Shown: positions 13,401 to 28,400 of the stretch, piece after piece
How positions within the stretch are numbered: position 1 is the first letter of the stretch
How the letters are laid out: every line of letters starts with the position of its first letter
NCBI GenBank assembly: GCA_040954595.2
Contig: CM082576.2
Span: 2,454,760 to 2,518,759 of the forward strand
Reading direction: 5' to 3'
Length of the DNA stretch: 64,000 bases
Source: Balanoglossus misakiensis
Taxonomy: Eukaryota; Animalia; Hemichordata
Notes under the pieces: generated by a model
Seen by the model: the letters and a program-made list of their open reading frames with translations, nothing else
Told to the model about the DNA's origin: nothing
The model's database searches: none
Made by a program: the position numbers and the translations under genes

Positions 13401-16400
13401 GCACAGTGAATAACTGGACAATCGTGTCCATGGCTAGCTGTTTGAAGCTACACAGAGCATGCTAAATTCATGCCCAAGTAAATGATGTAGTTTTGGTGGG
13501 GCAAAAGCAAAAGGCTATACAAACAGAGATTGTGTGGTTCATTCACAACAGCCCTAAACATCAAAGTAGCGCACTGGTACAATGTGAATGGATTGTGGTA
13601 AAGAAGCTTGGGAACATGTTATTGACAGGAATTTTTACTGTTTTTTTTTCAGTGCAGGCTGAAGAAACAGGGTAAAAATTGATTGGTAGGAATGAAACGA
13701 TCATAAGCGTTGGCCTGATTGAAACTCAGGGAAAGGTAAAGCAATTACAAAGCTTACTCACTTAACTCTTTGCAGGTTTCTATGACAGCGTTAAAAACCA
13801 CGACAGAGAAGTTGACTCTCATGTCAATCTGTTGGAGATCGGGCAGCTGGACACGCAAGGTTTTGTGCATTGGGGTGAAGTGGAGTTTGGCATCGGCCTG
13901 CACGCCGCACTGATCCAACGTCGATCTTGTTCGCAGCAGCCATGTGTTCTTGTCTGGCCACCACAGTGCATGGTCTGACCAGTCGATGGCAACATCTGAA
14001 AACGAAAGAAAAATCAACACCATTTAGTTTAAATCCTTCAACCCATCTTTGCACACACAGCTGAGCAATTGAAAACGCATCCCTTGACCTGTCCAGTATA
14101 AAGGGCACTTCACAGTGGCTGGCCAGAAATTGCTTCCATGTTTTTTTACTCAAGTTGCTGAGTGTGATAAAGAGCAGCTTGGGAAATTAAGACAAGAATT
14201 ATGGGATTACACCAGTGATTGCAAATTGACCACCAATCATGGTTGCACAAAGGGCACTCTGAAATAAATGTGATCTGAAAAGCATGAAAATTTAATCACC
14301 TCTAATTAAAGATCAAACAACCAGATAGCAAATTCTCAGACAGGAACAAGACAGAAGCGTTTGCAAGACATAGGAAATACTACGTTCATTTTGTCTGAGC
14401 ATCTCACACACACCCTCCTCCAGGTTCCAATTGTATTTTCTGGGCACAATGCTTCACAAAGTAGTTTACGTACGTGTCTGTATGACCAGGCTTAAATGCC
14501 CATTTTTCAATTGTCTTTTCATTTTTGTATCAAATATGCCTCGCACATCCAACCTGACATGATCTGTACACAACACATCACGTTGTTTATTCTCAACACA
14601 AATTCCCTCACGTTAAGAACATCATGCTATTGGCAATGAAGTCTATTTACAAAACAGGTTGAATTGTTCCAACCTTGAATTGGCCACACACCAGTGAACC
14701 TCAAAAGGGTTGGGCCATCTCAAGTGTCCTCAGTTCATTCACAGAGAGCTGCATGATGTCTTGTGGTGGTGGGCTCCGAATATCACCACCATAAACCTGT
14801 AGCTATTCCGAAGTCCATCTGCCCAAATGAACACTTGGGATTTTTTCTTTCAACCACAATGCCTTTCACTCAGATGCAAAACAAAAACAAAACACCTTCA
14901 TCAAACACTGGGCAGTGCATCTGTGAATACAACTGCATCAACATGCATGCTCACAGTCCCAGTGAAATTTGTGAACTGGGGATTTTGCCAACAAAAAACC
15001 AATACAAGACAAGATTTGACTGTGACACAGCAGCTAGCTTTTTTGCTGGTACTGTGCCAACAGTCTCCGTCTAATTATCCACTAATTGACATTTAATTGA
15101 CAGCTATGTATTGCTGGTGAAGTGAACTCCAGGATCATTCTCATATGAAACTTACACATTTGGCCCCACATGACTTTTGACATCTGCATGGGCGTATATT
15201 CATAAGCAAATATATTTAAAATATTTTTATGTAAAATATTACAGCTTTACTAACACCTCTGTTATTATTATTCAAACGAGCAATGTTCCTTCTGATAGAT
15301 TTATAAATAATAGACACAATCTCTGACACTGTCCCAAGCCATATATTCACCAATATGTCAGCAGAATCTATCCTTGCAACTGACCACTTGATCTACGAGG
15401 CCAGACTACAAAAAAATGTATCTCATTTCCACGTCAAGGGATGGGCCGGTTGATTGCACAGGGAGATCCAGCTGGCTGCTTTTCTCACCAGTGACCTCAA
15501 TTCCTACTCAAGGGACTGATCCACTAAAACTGGGCGTCTCCATCTATGGCTTTCATGGTTTGTTTAGAGTCGACCAAACTTAACTACGTACGTTGTAGTA
15601 TAATTTGGATTTTTCCCTAATTTGGTTATACATGTAGATATCGGAGTTTGACAATCATTTTGCTTTCTTGTTCAAAAGTTTACAAGGTACACGCTATTGG
15701 TGTTGTAACTTACTAAAACTGATGAATTCTGAAGTTTTCTATAAAAAACAAGAACAAATTTTATAAAAATACAATGTACTCTTGTTTGAAGACATGCAGC
15801 TGTGGTATCTGTTCAGGGACTCATTCCTAACAAACATTCATCTGGAGGTAATCTTTCCCTCAGAGACCCTGACCATCGGTGTTACATTTTTGGTTCTGCA
15901 TTCTCTACATACCAAATAGTAACATGCACCAATAAATTATCAAATGCTCTGACGAGAACATCACCTAGTTACAAACGTCAGCTGTTCTCCTGGTGAAACC
16001 ATACATATGATGTTTTCTGTCATGCCGTGAATACCGGTACAATTAAGGGCAGGTACATACAATGTTTGTACATGTACATCCATCAGAATTAAAAATCAAG
16101 TTAATACACTCAATCAACTCTGGCTACTGTTTAAGAATGCTGAATCAACAAAAACAGACCTCAACACAGTTCAGTTTTGATCACTCTCACGCCATCTGCA
16201 GATACCCTGGAATTCCAAACACCACACCCTTCATGTACATGTATATCTGATAAGACAATACGATTGATTGCTGTGTATGAGATATTCAGCATGCTCCGCG
16301 GTCACTGTCCAGTGGCTTTCTGCAGCTTATATAACATTTTAATGTGTTGTATCGATTCATTTTTCAGTTTCTCTCTGCGTGGCTGCTTGTAAACCGAGTA

Positions 16401-19400
16401 GACAGTTAAAACAACAGGTGTAACGGGTCTTGCTAAAAGCATGTAGCAATTTCGCCCCCGATGACCGCTCCCATCTGGCGAGTCTTCTTATCTCATTTGT
16501 GTCTCTACTCAGTGCAATTTATCATTGGTTTAGAGAGACACACAGAAGCTTGAGTGGCGGCCCCCTCTTTTACTTTGCATGGAAATAAAAGCCTACATTT
16601 GTGTTATATACAACAATCTTCCTCCCGTTCTTTTTCCCTTGAATCTGCAAACTAGTCAACACACGCAATAGGTACATTGTATTGTTAATGTGTGCCATTG
16701 GATTTTACAGTCACGCATCAACGATCTGAAGCATAGTACTGCATCCTTGATCAGAGTAACAGACATCTTTGGCTTCAGACGCCCAATTCACATGCATGTC
16801 TGACTCTGAACACCGCATGTGGTACTTGTAGCTTTCATAAAAGAATCACAAGGCTTTGATTTCTTCAGGTGTCGTTGTGCAACACAAGCCCTAGCCCAAT
16901 CTATTACTGACCATCACCTAATATCACAGTCTCATTATCCCTGGGAAATCAACACTTCTTTCGAGAGAGTCAAGTCACCCCCTGAGGCAGGGTGCGATCA
17001 CTTTGCTTTGCGACACACAACGATAATTCTCCAAGGCTATACAGGTGTGTGCATTGTTATGGGAGCTGGAATCACAATCTGCACCCCAACACAGAGACAC
17101 AGAGTTCTAGAAGGAGCCAGGTGGTTTTTAACTGTATAACTAAGATGGAAGACTTTCACACGATCTCTGACTGCTGTTTACATGCGGACAATGCATCTAT
17201 AGAGAGAGGAGATTGGAAACCCTTACAAGTGTACACTTTGTATTGAAACTGAATAAGCAACGGCACAACTAGGTTGGCAGAGTCAGAAGCGAACAGAAAC
17301 ACAGCTAGTTCACAGACATACTTTATTCTGACAACCTGGATATTATTGCGTACTGAAGTTTTATGCAGGCTATTTTGATAAAAATCAAATCCCTCTCAAC
17401 TATGATTTCACTGAAACTTACATGTATCCAATTTCTTTCCTAAGTTATGTGGAAAGAGAGAGCTCAACATTTGTACACACCCTTCATGTGCAGAAACACT
17501 AGCGTTGCATATTACTGACATCAATACATTGTACATGGACATAAAAATAACTGCCTTTCTCATCAAAATCTTATCCAATCCTTGAATTACTAGCCAAGAT
17601 CATAAATCCAGCCTTCAAGCACAGCATCTGTAAAACAATGCTCATAAATCTCAAACATACTTATTATATATATGAAACAGCATTTTCTTTCAGTCAGATG
17701 TCATTAAAGGTCATTGATCAGCATGTGAAATCCCCTTCACTTTTTTTTATACCATTAATTCATGACGATAAAAAAACAGCCAGGATGAAATGCCCAACAG
17801 GCCAACTGCATCTACCTTGGAGGTTAACATTTTCTTGTTCTTTTCTTTTAATCATTCCAATTTGAATATGTTACTTTCTGCAGTTTAATAGGTCATGTGT
17901 TTCATCCTCTGTCTGGGTTAACCACACTTGTGGCAGCTCATTCAGCGAATCTCATTACAGATGCAACTGGGCTGCATTTGTTATGCACGTTACACTTAAA
18001 GGGTAGTTAGAGTTGTAGGTATATTGATGCGCTGCGTGTGTGGTTCTGCATTTCACACAAACACTCCCAAAAACGCCTTGGGGGCAATCGGCATCGTGGA
18101 GTGTTGCACAACAGCATCAGAAGAATTGCTTTGCTTTTTCTTTTTGTTGCCTTCTACTGCATTTATCTCATGGAATCATAATGTAAGAAATTTATTTTAA
18201 CTCTCTAAGTATGCAGTTGTTCATTGTCAAAGGAGAACAAACACATATTGTTTAATTAATGATCTCATACAATATCAATTTTATACACATGATTTAAAAT
18301 TTAAATAATTGATTTTTTTAGATGTTTGTATGTCATACAAATTATTTCCAGGAATTCAACAGCGAAATAGACCCCACAAGCTTTTGCTCTGATCCTCTGA
18401 TGGCCTATTACAGGACATTCAAATAGAACGCCAACAAGCCTCTCATGCAAAACTGCCTATTGCGCCTACATGGTTATACACATGTGGAATGTATGGATTC
18501 CAATAAACCAAACACGCAAACTCAGTTTACATTATTCTCATCTAGCATGTATAATGATATCACAATTTACAAATAAAGGTCAAATTGACCAACTGACTTT
18601 TAAACAATGAAATATCTGAGATAATATAGCTGATAGAAACCTTGCTTGATTTAATATGCAGTCCAACCATAGACCCTGGTGGGAGAGCTCCAGGGTAAAT
18701 GATCAAACCACGGGCACCTGGGGGTGGGGGGACGATAATTGGTCAAAACAAACTATGGTAGGGGTCTCTATCTTGCAACACTTGTATATGTGTACATTCT
18801 AGGATGTGAACACACTAAAAAAAATAGATAATTATGTTTTACTAAATTATGAATACCACACTTCCTAAATTGGCCTGGAAATATGCATTATTGAAGAACT
18901 TTTAAAGCAGCCGAGATATAATTATGCCATCGGGTGTGACTGTGACAGGTATAATGAATGGGCAGTCTCCAGGTACATATACTGCATATTTGCTGGCCTC
19001 TAGGGGAATTCATTCTCTTTGCAGTCAAAAAGAATTGAAATCATGGCCTCCACGTCAAATCAAGATTTCAAAGAAAGAGAAACACGAGTCCTCTGATGAA
19101 ATAAAAATAACTCCTGCCAGGAGGATGGCATTTTTTTCTCACTGAAAACTTTTTACAACAAATTGGTCATCTGAAGAAAACGTTTCAACAAGGCGCGCTC
19201 TGCATGCAACACCTCTAAATTCACACTATCACTTTTCTAAACATAATTTCATTCCTGAGTATCAGCTTGATGCCTTCCATCCCCTGATGACGACAAAAAT
19301 CTGGCAATCATTTGCCGGTCATCAGAAATGCTCGCAACATCAGCGGCGAAGTATTTTTTGTTATAATGATGGATAAACATGATCGCAGGATGGGTGCCAC

Positions 19401-22400
19401 AGATGATAAATCAGTGATGATATTCAGATGAATCATAGCCGGGTATGTGGTATTTACATTGTGACTAACTCTAATGACTATTTAAAGCAATACCCCCATC
19501 ATCACACTGTAGTGTAACAAAATAATTCCACTTTTACTTGTATGCTTCATATCCCAGCCAATGTGCAAAATCTAATAATAACATTCTTCACTAACATGGC
19601 ATAACTTAACCATCCGATTACTTTTTCATCTGGAGCCAATTTGGAATACACCTCAAATGTTATTTTCAAGAACGACTGGGCTATTTCAAGCAGTGTCCAA
19701 ATGCTATTACTATAAATACCATGATATCAAATATGGTATATTTTTTCTCAAAACAGGTTTCTAAAATTATCCTTGAAGAGCCATTTTCTGATCTCATAAA
19801 TAAAGCAACATGTACCGCATTATTTTTATGAATGTCAATGTTATGCATTTCATAAATACTTGTATGTGCAATTACACCTTTTCTGTGTGCCTGTTTTAAC
19901 TTTCATATAAACTTCAAAAACTAGTGCGATTGCCTAGCCCCAAAAAGACGATATGGGGTGAGCAGAAACAACCGCTGTGTCGTTGAGATTCATTTATATC
20001 CGCTCCTCCAGAAGGAAACAGGAAAAGTGCCCACTGTCGAGTACATCCATCAGAACGGGGTCACCAGCAAAGCTGGCAATGGATAGCCTTACAGCAGAAC
20101 CTCTCATTCCTGGAATATTTCTAATACCCAGCACATGCAGACATAGATCAGATGGGGATACAGTGATGTCACGGGGGCGTACAAAACGTTCTGGTATGTA
20201 TGCCTGAACTGTAACTGTAAGATGCTGGAAGATTACAGACATGTGCACGTTGGTATGGCAACCAGGCATCGAAGAACAACTGATCCTGGTTTCAGACGTT
20301 GAACTCGCATGCTCTTCTTAGATTAGCTAATAATCTACTATCACCGCATTCAGATCAGGAGCAATCCTGAAGCTATATTTTTAATGACGTGCCATTAAAA
20401 AACACTCCACATATGAATTTTCAATTTGTCAAATTGGTTGTATTTACCATAAGATTGGTCATAAAATCAGCTATAAAACTTAAGACTTTTTCAGAATTTC
20501 AGTGGCAGTCAAAACTCATCTCATAAACTATTCAAATTCATCATGTACAAATGTAATCTATTCATATGCAAAATGATATTATGTCTCAAAATCTTGACTT
20601 CTGTCACTTTTCAACTCCCCATCCTTCGATTTTCTGCTGGAATCTATAAAGATGTACAAATAAATCAAAAAGACTTTGAATTACATGTATGCCTTGAACA
20701 GAAAGGTCATACCCCATAGAGTTCTCTTAAACATCTGTCAGTGATATCTCAAATCTTGCGAAATATGTCTCTCACTCAGTGATCGGTGTGATAAAATCTT
20801 CTTCACTCGGCTGACCTACTTCTATGGAATTTATAGTCACAATTATTTCCTGATAGTGAAAAGGGAGTGTTACTTTACCTTTTGTGTATTCCAACTAAAT
20901 ATAATTTGAGAAGTGAAAGTTATACATAACCGAAACAAGAATTTTCTTCCTTCTGACTGAACACGTGGGAATGTGCAATGATAGTGAAACTGTTTAGCAC
21001 AACAACAAAAATTCCATGACTATTGAAGTCACAATGTCTTCAAAATGACGCTGGATGTTTACTTTTAGTGCATCAAAACTGTTAAATATAATTTTCTGTT
21101 TGAAGAAAATGTGCCTTCTGCTGGCGGTGGTGTCTATCAACCAACAGACCAACAGACAAAGGCTGACTCAGAAATACCGGCCCCGTAATTACAATTGGTA
21201 ATCTCCAAGGATCAAATCAATTGAAATGATCATGTTTATTCATTTTTAATACAATCAAGCAAATTTATCCACTGTGACACCAGGAAAGCTGCCACACACA
21301 GATACACGGAGGGCCGAGGGAAACATAAACATAAAAGGCTCCCTAAGTCAACTAAGACTGTGGGAAAGTGACAGGTCCAGTTACAAAATTAGCATACCTT
21401 CACGGACTGCTGCATTCTCATTGCTGAGCTCGACTTTGAGGGGATTATGACCAATAACATGTTGATATCAAATACAATGTGAATCACTTGTAATGGTGGC
21501 CAAACTAATAAATCAAGTACACGTACATGCTGATTTTGGGGGGAATTAATCAAATGATGACAAAGAGCTTTTTAATCAGCCATCCTCGCGTACTTCACGG
21601 AATGACAAAGATGAGGAACCCAATAAATAAAATGTTAATCAATTTATGTCGTGTTTTGATCATCTTTCACTTGTTTTTATACCAAGGGAGTAGAAAACAG
21701 AATCAAATTGTGGGGTTTTGGACAACACTGGATACGGCTGATTAATGGTATCAAACCTCAATCTAACGATGTTTGTTCTAGGTGCTCGCCAATATATCAC
21801 GCCACAGCACCACTTGAATTTCCTCCTACCGTAATTTTACTAGAAGGTGTGCAAACATGGAACACCTACATGTGCACACGTAGTCAGGCAAGACTGCTAA
21901 TGTATCCCTCGCACAATCTAGAAGCCTCATTCGATGGATTCTGATTCCACAATGGGAAATATCAGTGAGTGGAAGAATTGCTTGTCTGTGGTGAAATGTC
22001 AAAACCGAATGAAAAATCAACTGAGTGAGTTTACATGGTGATCTTGTGTCTCTGCGAAATGCCAGAGAGATAATTTCCATTTGATTAAATGAGCTAACAT
22101 GGAGATAAGTGAAGGAAAATAACATCTGGAATGCAGGGTCATTTCAGGTGACTTTGACTGCTACATGTATAGTTTCAAGTGTTATAAATCTAAAGCTGTC
22201 AGCTCCCTGTGACATGATCAATTATTTGAATATGACCTGGAACCGAAAGTTTTTATGTGAACCACACCATGACAAAAACTTAACAGACTTTAGTCTATTT
22301 CATTTATCAAAACATGGTACATTGTACATGTACATGTATTTGTTTGATTCTTATCAATCTGGTCACAAGAAAGATACATTTTCTTCATTCACTTTGGGAT

Positions 22401-25400
22401 ATCTGCAGACCATGGGCCCTGCATGTAGTGTACTGTACGTTCACTACGCCATAACAAAACTTATAGCCAGCACCTTAATTTGAGACTTAAGTCAGTACTT
22501 TTACTGGCAAAAAGGTATGTGTATTGTGTGCCAAAGAAGATATGTGACCCAACAATGATATTTGACCCAACGATGCTATTAAAACAGATGTTAACAAGGG
22601 CCACTTGAACCCAGCCACCACAGTTTGGTACAATACAACACTAAATGCCCATGGCTCCATCGAATCTCACTAACCCAGACAGCCTCTGTTTAAGTCTGAA
22701 TAAATTGAATTTAAAATACAAAACTTTACATGCTTGAGGATTTGTAAGGATAAGAACTTTATTTGGTTAAGCAGTCACAGGAGTACGCGTTTAAGGCATC
22801 ACAGGCTCTGAATGGGGCATTGGATATTTGAGCTTTACTTAAAATCACGCCTGTCAAAAAATAAATCTCTCCACATATGGTATTACAACCATTTCAATCT
22901 GACCTTGAAAAGCCATGACTTCTTAAAACAAAAATCTGCCCTATGTCAGGGTTACATGTGCCTCTTGCAAACTGGTGACCACTTAGAGGGGAAAGGTCAA
23001 TGCTGTAAATAGGTCAGGGTTGTTTGAGGTCACTGTGGCCATGCAGTCCTTCACTACCAATTTGTCATCACAGCTCAAGTGTTCAACCTGACTCAAGTCC
23101 AAGCCGACTAGATAGTGGTCACACCCCTTAATGTAAATTGGACAGTAGTTTTTGACATCTATTCTCCCAGAGATCAACTATAAAGTAATAATAATGCTCC
23201 ATCATTTTACGAGGACTGAGAATACATCTTTATTTGCAGCAAGTGATTGTCTGCTGAAAAGAGCTTAAAAATAGATATTACGGATCTTTACTTGTTTCCA
23301 ATGATTCAACAAGACAAGCACTTCAAAAGGGCAAATGTTAGACGTCTTGTGTTTCACTGAGAAGTGCGTCAGCATCCAAGAGAAATGTCTGTCAGGGTAC
23401 TTGGGTTGGGGTATAGTGTTATGTTGGCATCCCTAGAATCTATGAAACGGGTATGGACAAACTTTCCTGGAATGATGGATTGTAAACAAATCTTCAGGTC
23501 CACACCAAATGATAATTGTTTGTTAAATCCTCATCCTGACTTTGTTTTGAAATGCATTTACTCTGAGAGGCAGGAGGTTCGATCTGCTTGGATGGACAAT
23601 AGAAATGGCAAATATGGATTGATCGTGTTTAATGCTTGTATAAACATCAATTAATGATGACCAATTATCTCTCCAACTTCACAATTGATGGCAATCCATG
23701 CAAAGACATCCGCAGGAATCATAATTTATATACAGACTAGAGTCTCCTCAACAATAATAATGAGCAGTGTAATTCTGCATTCAACAAAAGACCTATCAAC
23801 AATTTGACATTTTCAACTACGTCCAGGAATCTATGTATCAGATCAGGTGACCAGCATAACAGACCACCTATTTCCTTTAGTAGTACTTTTTTGACAATAT
23901 GAAAAACCTCTCCTCTCTTTTACAAACTGATCCAATTACCAGTCCATGCTGAAAATTGACTTCCTCTCAAGGCTTTGTTTTTTTAAGTCAAATATCGATG
24001 ACAAGAGCTGCCTTTTACAGAAAGGAGGAGGAAGGGTGCAGTAATTTCCTTCTGGAATGAAACCCCTCACATAATTGAACATCCATGAATAGCTGATGTC
24101 AGTCGATGGCAATCTGCCAGATTGAAATTATTCATTACCTTGTTGTGTTCACAATGCCCACTTTCTGCGAGCATGTTTGATAAAAGACATCGAATTGTGT
24201 TCACAGATTATTTTCATACAATTGCTTTCAAAGTGGACTCCTAAACTCACTATGAAACCCACTTTAAGACTGCTTATCAATAATTTATGAATAGTGATGT
24301 TATTTTTAAAAACTGGACTTGGAAGCAACATCACTAACCAGGGAAAGAACTGAAGACACCAGCACTGCCCCCCCCCCCAAAGGAAGGGTGCCACAATGAC
24401 TGACCCCTCGCTAATGTTGGCCATTTTGTTTCCATCCTGGCATGACAGAGCTATGCATCTTGTAAACACACGGCGCTCTTGCCTTCAAGTTGTTTGGTCT
24501 GTGAGGCTCACAACCTCTCCATAAACCAAACAGCTGAAAAACATATTTCAAACAGTTTACAGTAATACAATCTTGGGGATGTGTCATTTACACAGTAAAA
24601 CATACTTGAAACAGACTTTATCTGCATTTATAATATGCATATTGAAGCCATTTCATATTAGCTGACATCACTATTTATAAAGAACTAAAATTCCATTTCA
24701 CAATCAGAAATGTCTGTGTCTCTATTACAATTTTTTTAATTTGAAAACTGTGGATGGGATGCGAGAATATGCAATGACCAATGAGGCCAGACACTTTGTT
24801 TATAATATATTTGGCAGTATCCAATTTTATGATGGATATAGCCTTTCCACAGCTTCTCTGATTGTATTTCTTCATGCTGGGGTGACAGAGAAGGCGATTT
24901 CCCATCTTGAGGCTCTCCCACCCATGATATATAAAACTCAGCCATCAACATTTTTATGGCATTGCTGATTGCATTCTTTCACAAATGGAATATTTATATG
25001 TATGTCAAAGCATCAGCAGAGTTTCACATATGGTGCTGAGATCCCCACAACACAGTCTATAGCTATGCTACAGATGGTTTTCAAGCATACGTGTAGCTTT
25101 TATGGGGGGGGGGGGGGGGGGGGGGGGGAGTTCAGAATTCTACTGTATTATACCATTGTCCAGAGATACATATGCATGCCAAGAGAACATGACATGCATG
25201 CAAAGTGCAATGTTCCTGATTTCTCTCTGGGTGGTGTGAATTTTGTGAGAAAGGGCGGATTAATCTACCGTGACTGTAAACATATCCCTATATACTCTCA
25301 AAATAATGGTTGCAATGAAACAAAAATCGAGCTGACGTGGACTTTTCCCACCATTTAGCTTGTAGCCACGTCAATTACGGTCACTCCCCTCGTCTTTTGT

Positions 25401-28400
25401 TCTCTGACTGAAGTTGCACTGAATTGATAGATCGCAAGGAATACCCATCACAGCCATGAATGGGGTGCTCTTTGAGGCATTTACTCTCAAAGAAAGGGAC
25501 GGTGCATCAGCACTGATAGGCTTTTAAGGCAATAAAACGATGAGAAAAGAAGTCAGTTGGATATGCACAGGTGATGATGATAGCCTTCCACTGTAACCAC
25601 CAATTCCAATGACATCCATGAGACTCTTCCCCTCCCCCTCCCCCAATCCACAACCATCACTTGCACTTTAACCCCTCTTCTAATGTTAGCTCCAAGGAAG
25701 GACACAGCAACAATTACCCAACAGGTACACATGTTACTCAGTTTTTGTTCCCAGTCATGAATAGAAAAAAAAAAGCCTCCTACACAGAAATAACCTTCAC
25801 GGTGTCTTTTGATGTTTGAAAATAGCTGAAAAGAGGGCTGAGTTGTATTTCTCAGCACCCAATGCAGCAAAAGGGGTTTTTACACTGGGTCAAAGGTCGA
25901 CCACTCCATGCAACACTCAGACAGGTCAGTACAGTACTTCCGGCGTTTGTGTGCTACAAAGCATTTCGTAAATACCCTATCATTGATTCTGGAGTGTGTG
26001 GGAGTCGGCTGAATCAGTGAACGTATTCGATAGGGTAGTCCACCACTTTTTGCAAGGATATGTTTTGGCCAACCGGATGAGTAATGTGTCTAGAATGTGC
26101 CTCTTTCACATGTAAATGACCAAACATTCATATTCATGTTGGCCACATTAATTAACTACATGTATCAGATTTAAATCTGACCACAATCTGACATTGGGAT
26201 TAATATTCCCAATTCAAAGCAACATGTTTTCTGAATTTGAAATGAGGAACACATCAGGCAGTTTCTGAGCCAGGGATATGTCACTGGGGCCTTTTTTTAT
26301 CTACGAAGTTAATTACTCGCAATCTGTCATGGAAAATGGTACAGACAATGCTTGTAGACGGACATGATACTTCCTGAGATAGATAGATGTCAAGTGCACA
26401 CTGAATTTAAATACCGGTACCATACATGTCAAGCCAACTTGGGGCGGAAATAACTTGAAAGCAGTGTGGTGGACAATTAAACCACGCCAGCAAGCATACA
26501 TTAGAGAGGTGCTGTAATGAGAAGAGGGGGTGTTTGTTGGCAGGAAATTGTTATGAAGCAGACAGTATTGTTCCTTGTTATGGCCCTCTGGGGAAAAACA
26601 ACACTCCTACCATTATCAATTCATCTAATTATTTCCTATGTCATGATTAAGGTTTCTATCAGAGGGCTATGTCGTTAAAATGGCAAAATGGTAGAAAAAC
26701 ATCAACATTTCTTCCATGGTTTTAATTGTGTCATTGTATTATCATTGGATACTCAATATAAACTAGGGACAAAGTTATTGCAAGCACCCTGCATACAAAA
26801 TTAGACCCTGGACCAGTATAACACAATAGACTGTATCTTTACGAATCACTCAATGTTGTCATTCCCATGAGACTGTACATTGTATGTGTACTCTCTTGTT
26901 TCCAGAAGCCAAGTCATGGAAATATTCAGATACGTTTCAAACTGTCTACCCATTGATTATCATAATCAATGGATTTTGTTCCCACAAGAATAAAAAGACA
27001 GTTATGTAATACAAAATTTTAAAGTTTTTAATAGCCAATCAAGGCTGGCTACATGATGGCATGATTATATTGACAGTTTGCTGATTTGGGTTTAATTAGA
27101 GTGTCAATGTGTGAATTGTCCACTTATGTCCCAAAGTAAATTTGTTTTAAAGCAATTAAAGTAAGCCCAAATGAGCAGGTAATTGTATTTTCAAATGTTT
27201 CTCTACACTGTTGACTATATTATTGACCACTGCAATTTGTGCAAAAAAAGGCCTCTGTGGTACTTATTTGAGTGTATGGACCAAGCAATATGCTAAAACA
27301 TCTTGATTTGTGTTTAACAACTGCTCTAGGAAATGGAATGACAACTGTGTTATGTGGTCAGTACTGGCTGAAATTTACAGTCAATCATTTACCACACTTT
27401 TACCTACATGTACGACTAGGTGTCAGGTCAAACAGTAACCACTCATTTTTGCACAACCATGTACAAGATGGGTAATTCAGACAGTAGTAACTTCAAAAGT
27501 CAAGGGGAAGCTTGACTAAGTCATGGCAAATCATGGCAAAACACTTGTGGTGGAACCTTGAAGTAAGAGGCACACCAAAGCAAAGAGGAAGGAATTAGAC
27601 GAGGCGTAACCTTCACATGTTGCTAACACTGTATCATCACTTCCAGTTTGGCAAGCCACATCATAAAAGCCAGGAAGGAAGCTACAAGATCTTCTATCTT
27701 TAACACCACCCGATAACAAATCACAACTTTGAAAGCCCAGCCTTTCTACCACATACGTCCCTGAACTGAACAAGATCAATGTCACTGATCTTCACTGTAT
27801 GACATCACGGGAAAATCAAACAAGGCTCAAAGCGGTGATAAAGCATGTGTTTACTCCCAGTGAAAACACACAAACTTGTTGTGATCTAAACACTACGAAA
27901 ACGCAAAAATGCAGTACACAATAAACCTTTACGTGTGATGACCCTAAATCTGTGGAATCTATCAGGGACGCATTGATGACAAGGATGATGGCAGATTTTC
28001 ATTACATCTGGGGTCAAGGAAGCCATACAAACGCAAACTTACAGAAATCAAAAAGAAGAGGGAGTCTTAAAACTATCCAGTCAGAAGAATGGAAGAATTT
28101 AATATACATCTATTCTAACCTTTGACATGGCAGTAATAGAAAGTTTCTAAAATCTGGCTATGTTTCCGTGAAGTATCCTCTTGAACTTAGGGTATCTGAG
28201 GCCATCAAATGTTGGCTGAAATCTGACACTTATGACGTCAAAATCTCTCCTGACTTCACCCCGTCCCCCACACACCACAATATGCTGCTGATGTCTCATT
28301 CCATCAACAGCTGCAAACAGTTTCCTTCAGTTACATGTCATTACGAATTTCCTAGGGCAAACTCCGTATCAGTGAAATGCAGGTTTGCGATAATTTTTCA

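Noticed and set aside
25104-25128. Long G/C homopolymers (also ~29792-29815)
   Set aside because: Simple homopolymer runs; the poly-Gly ORFs over them are artefacts.
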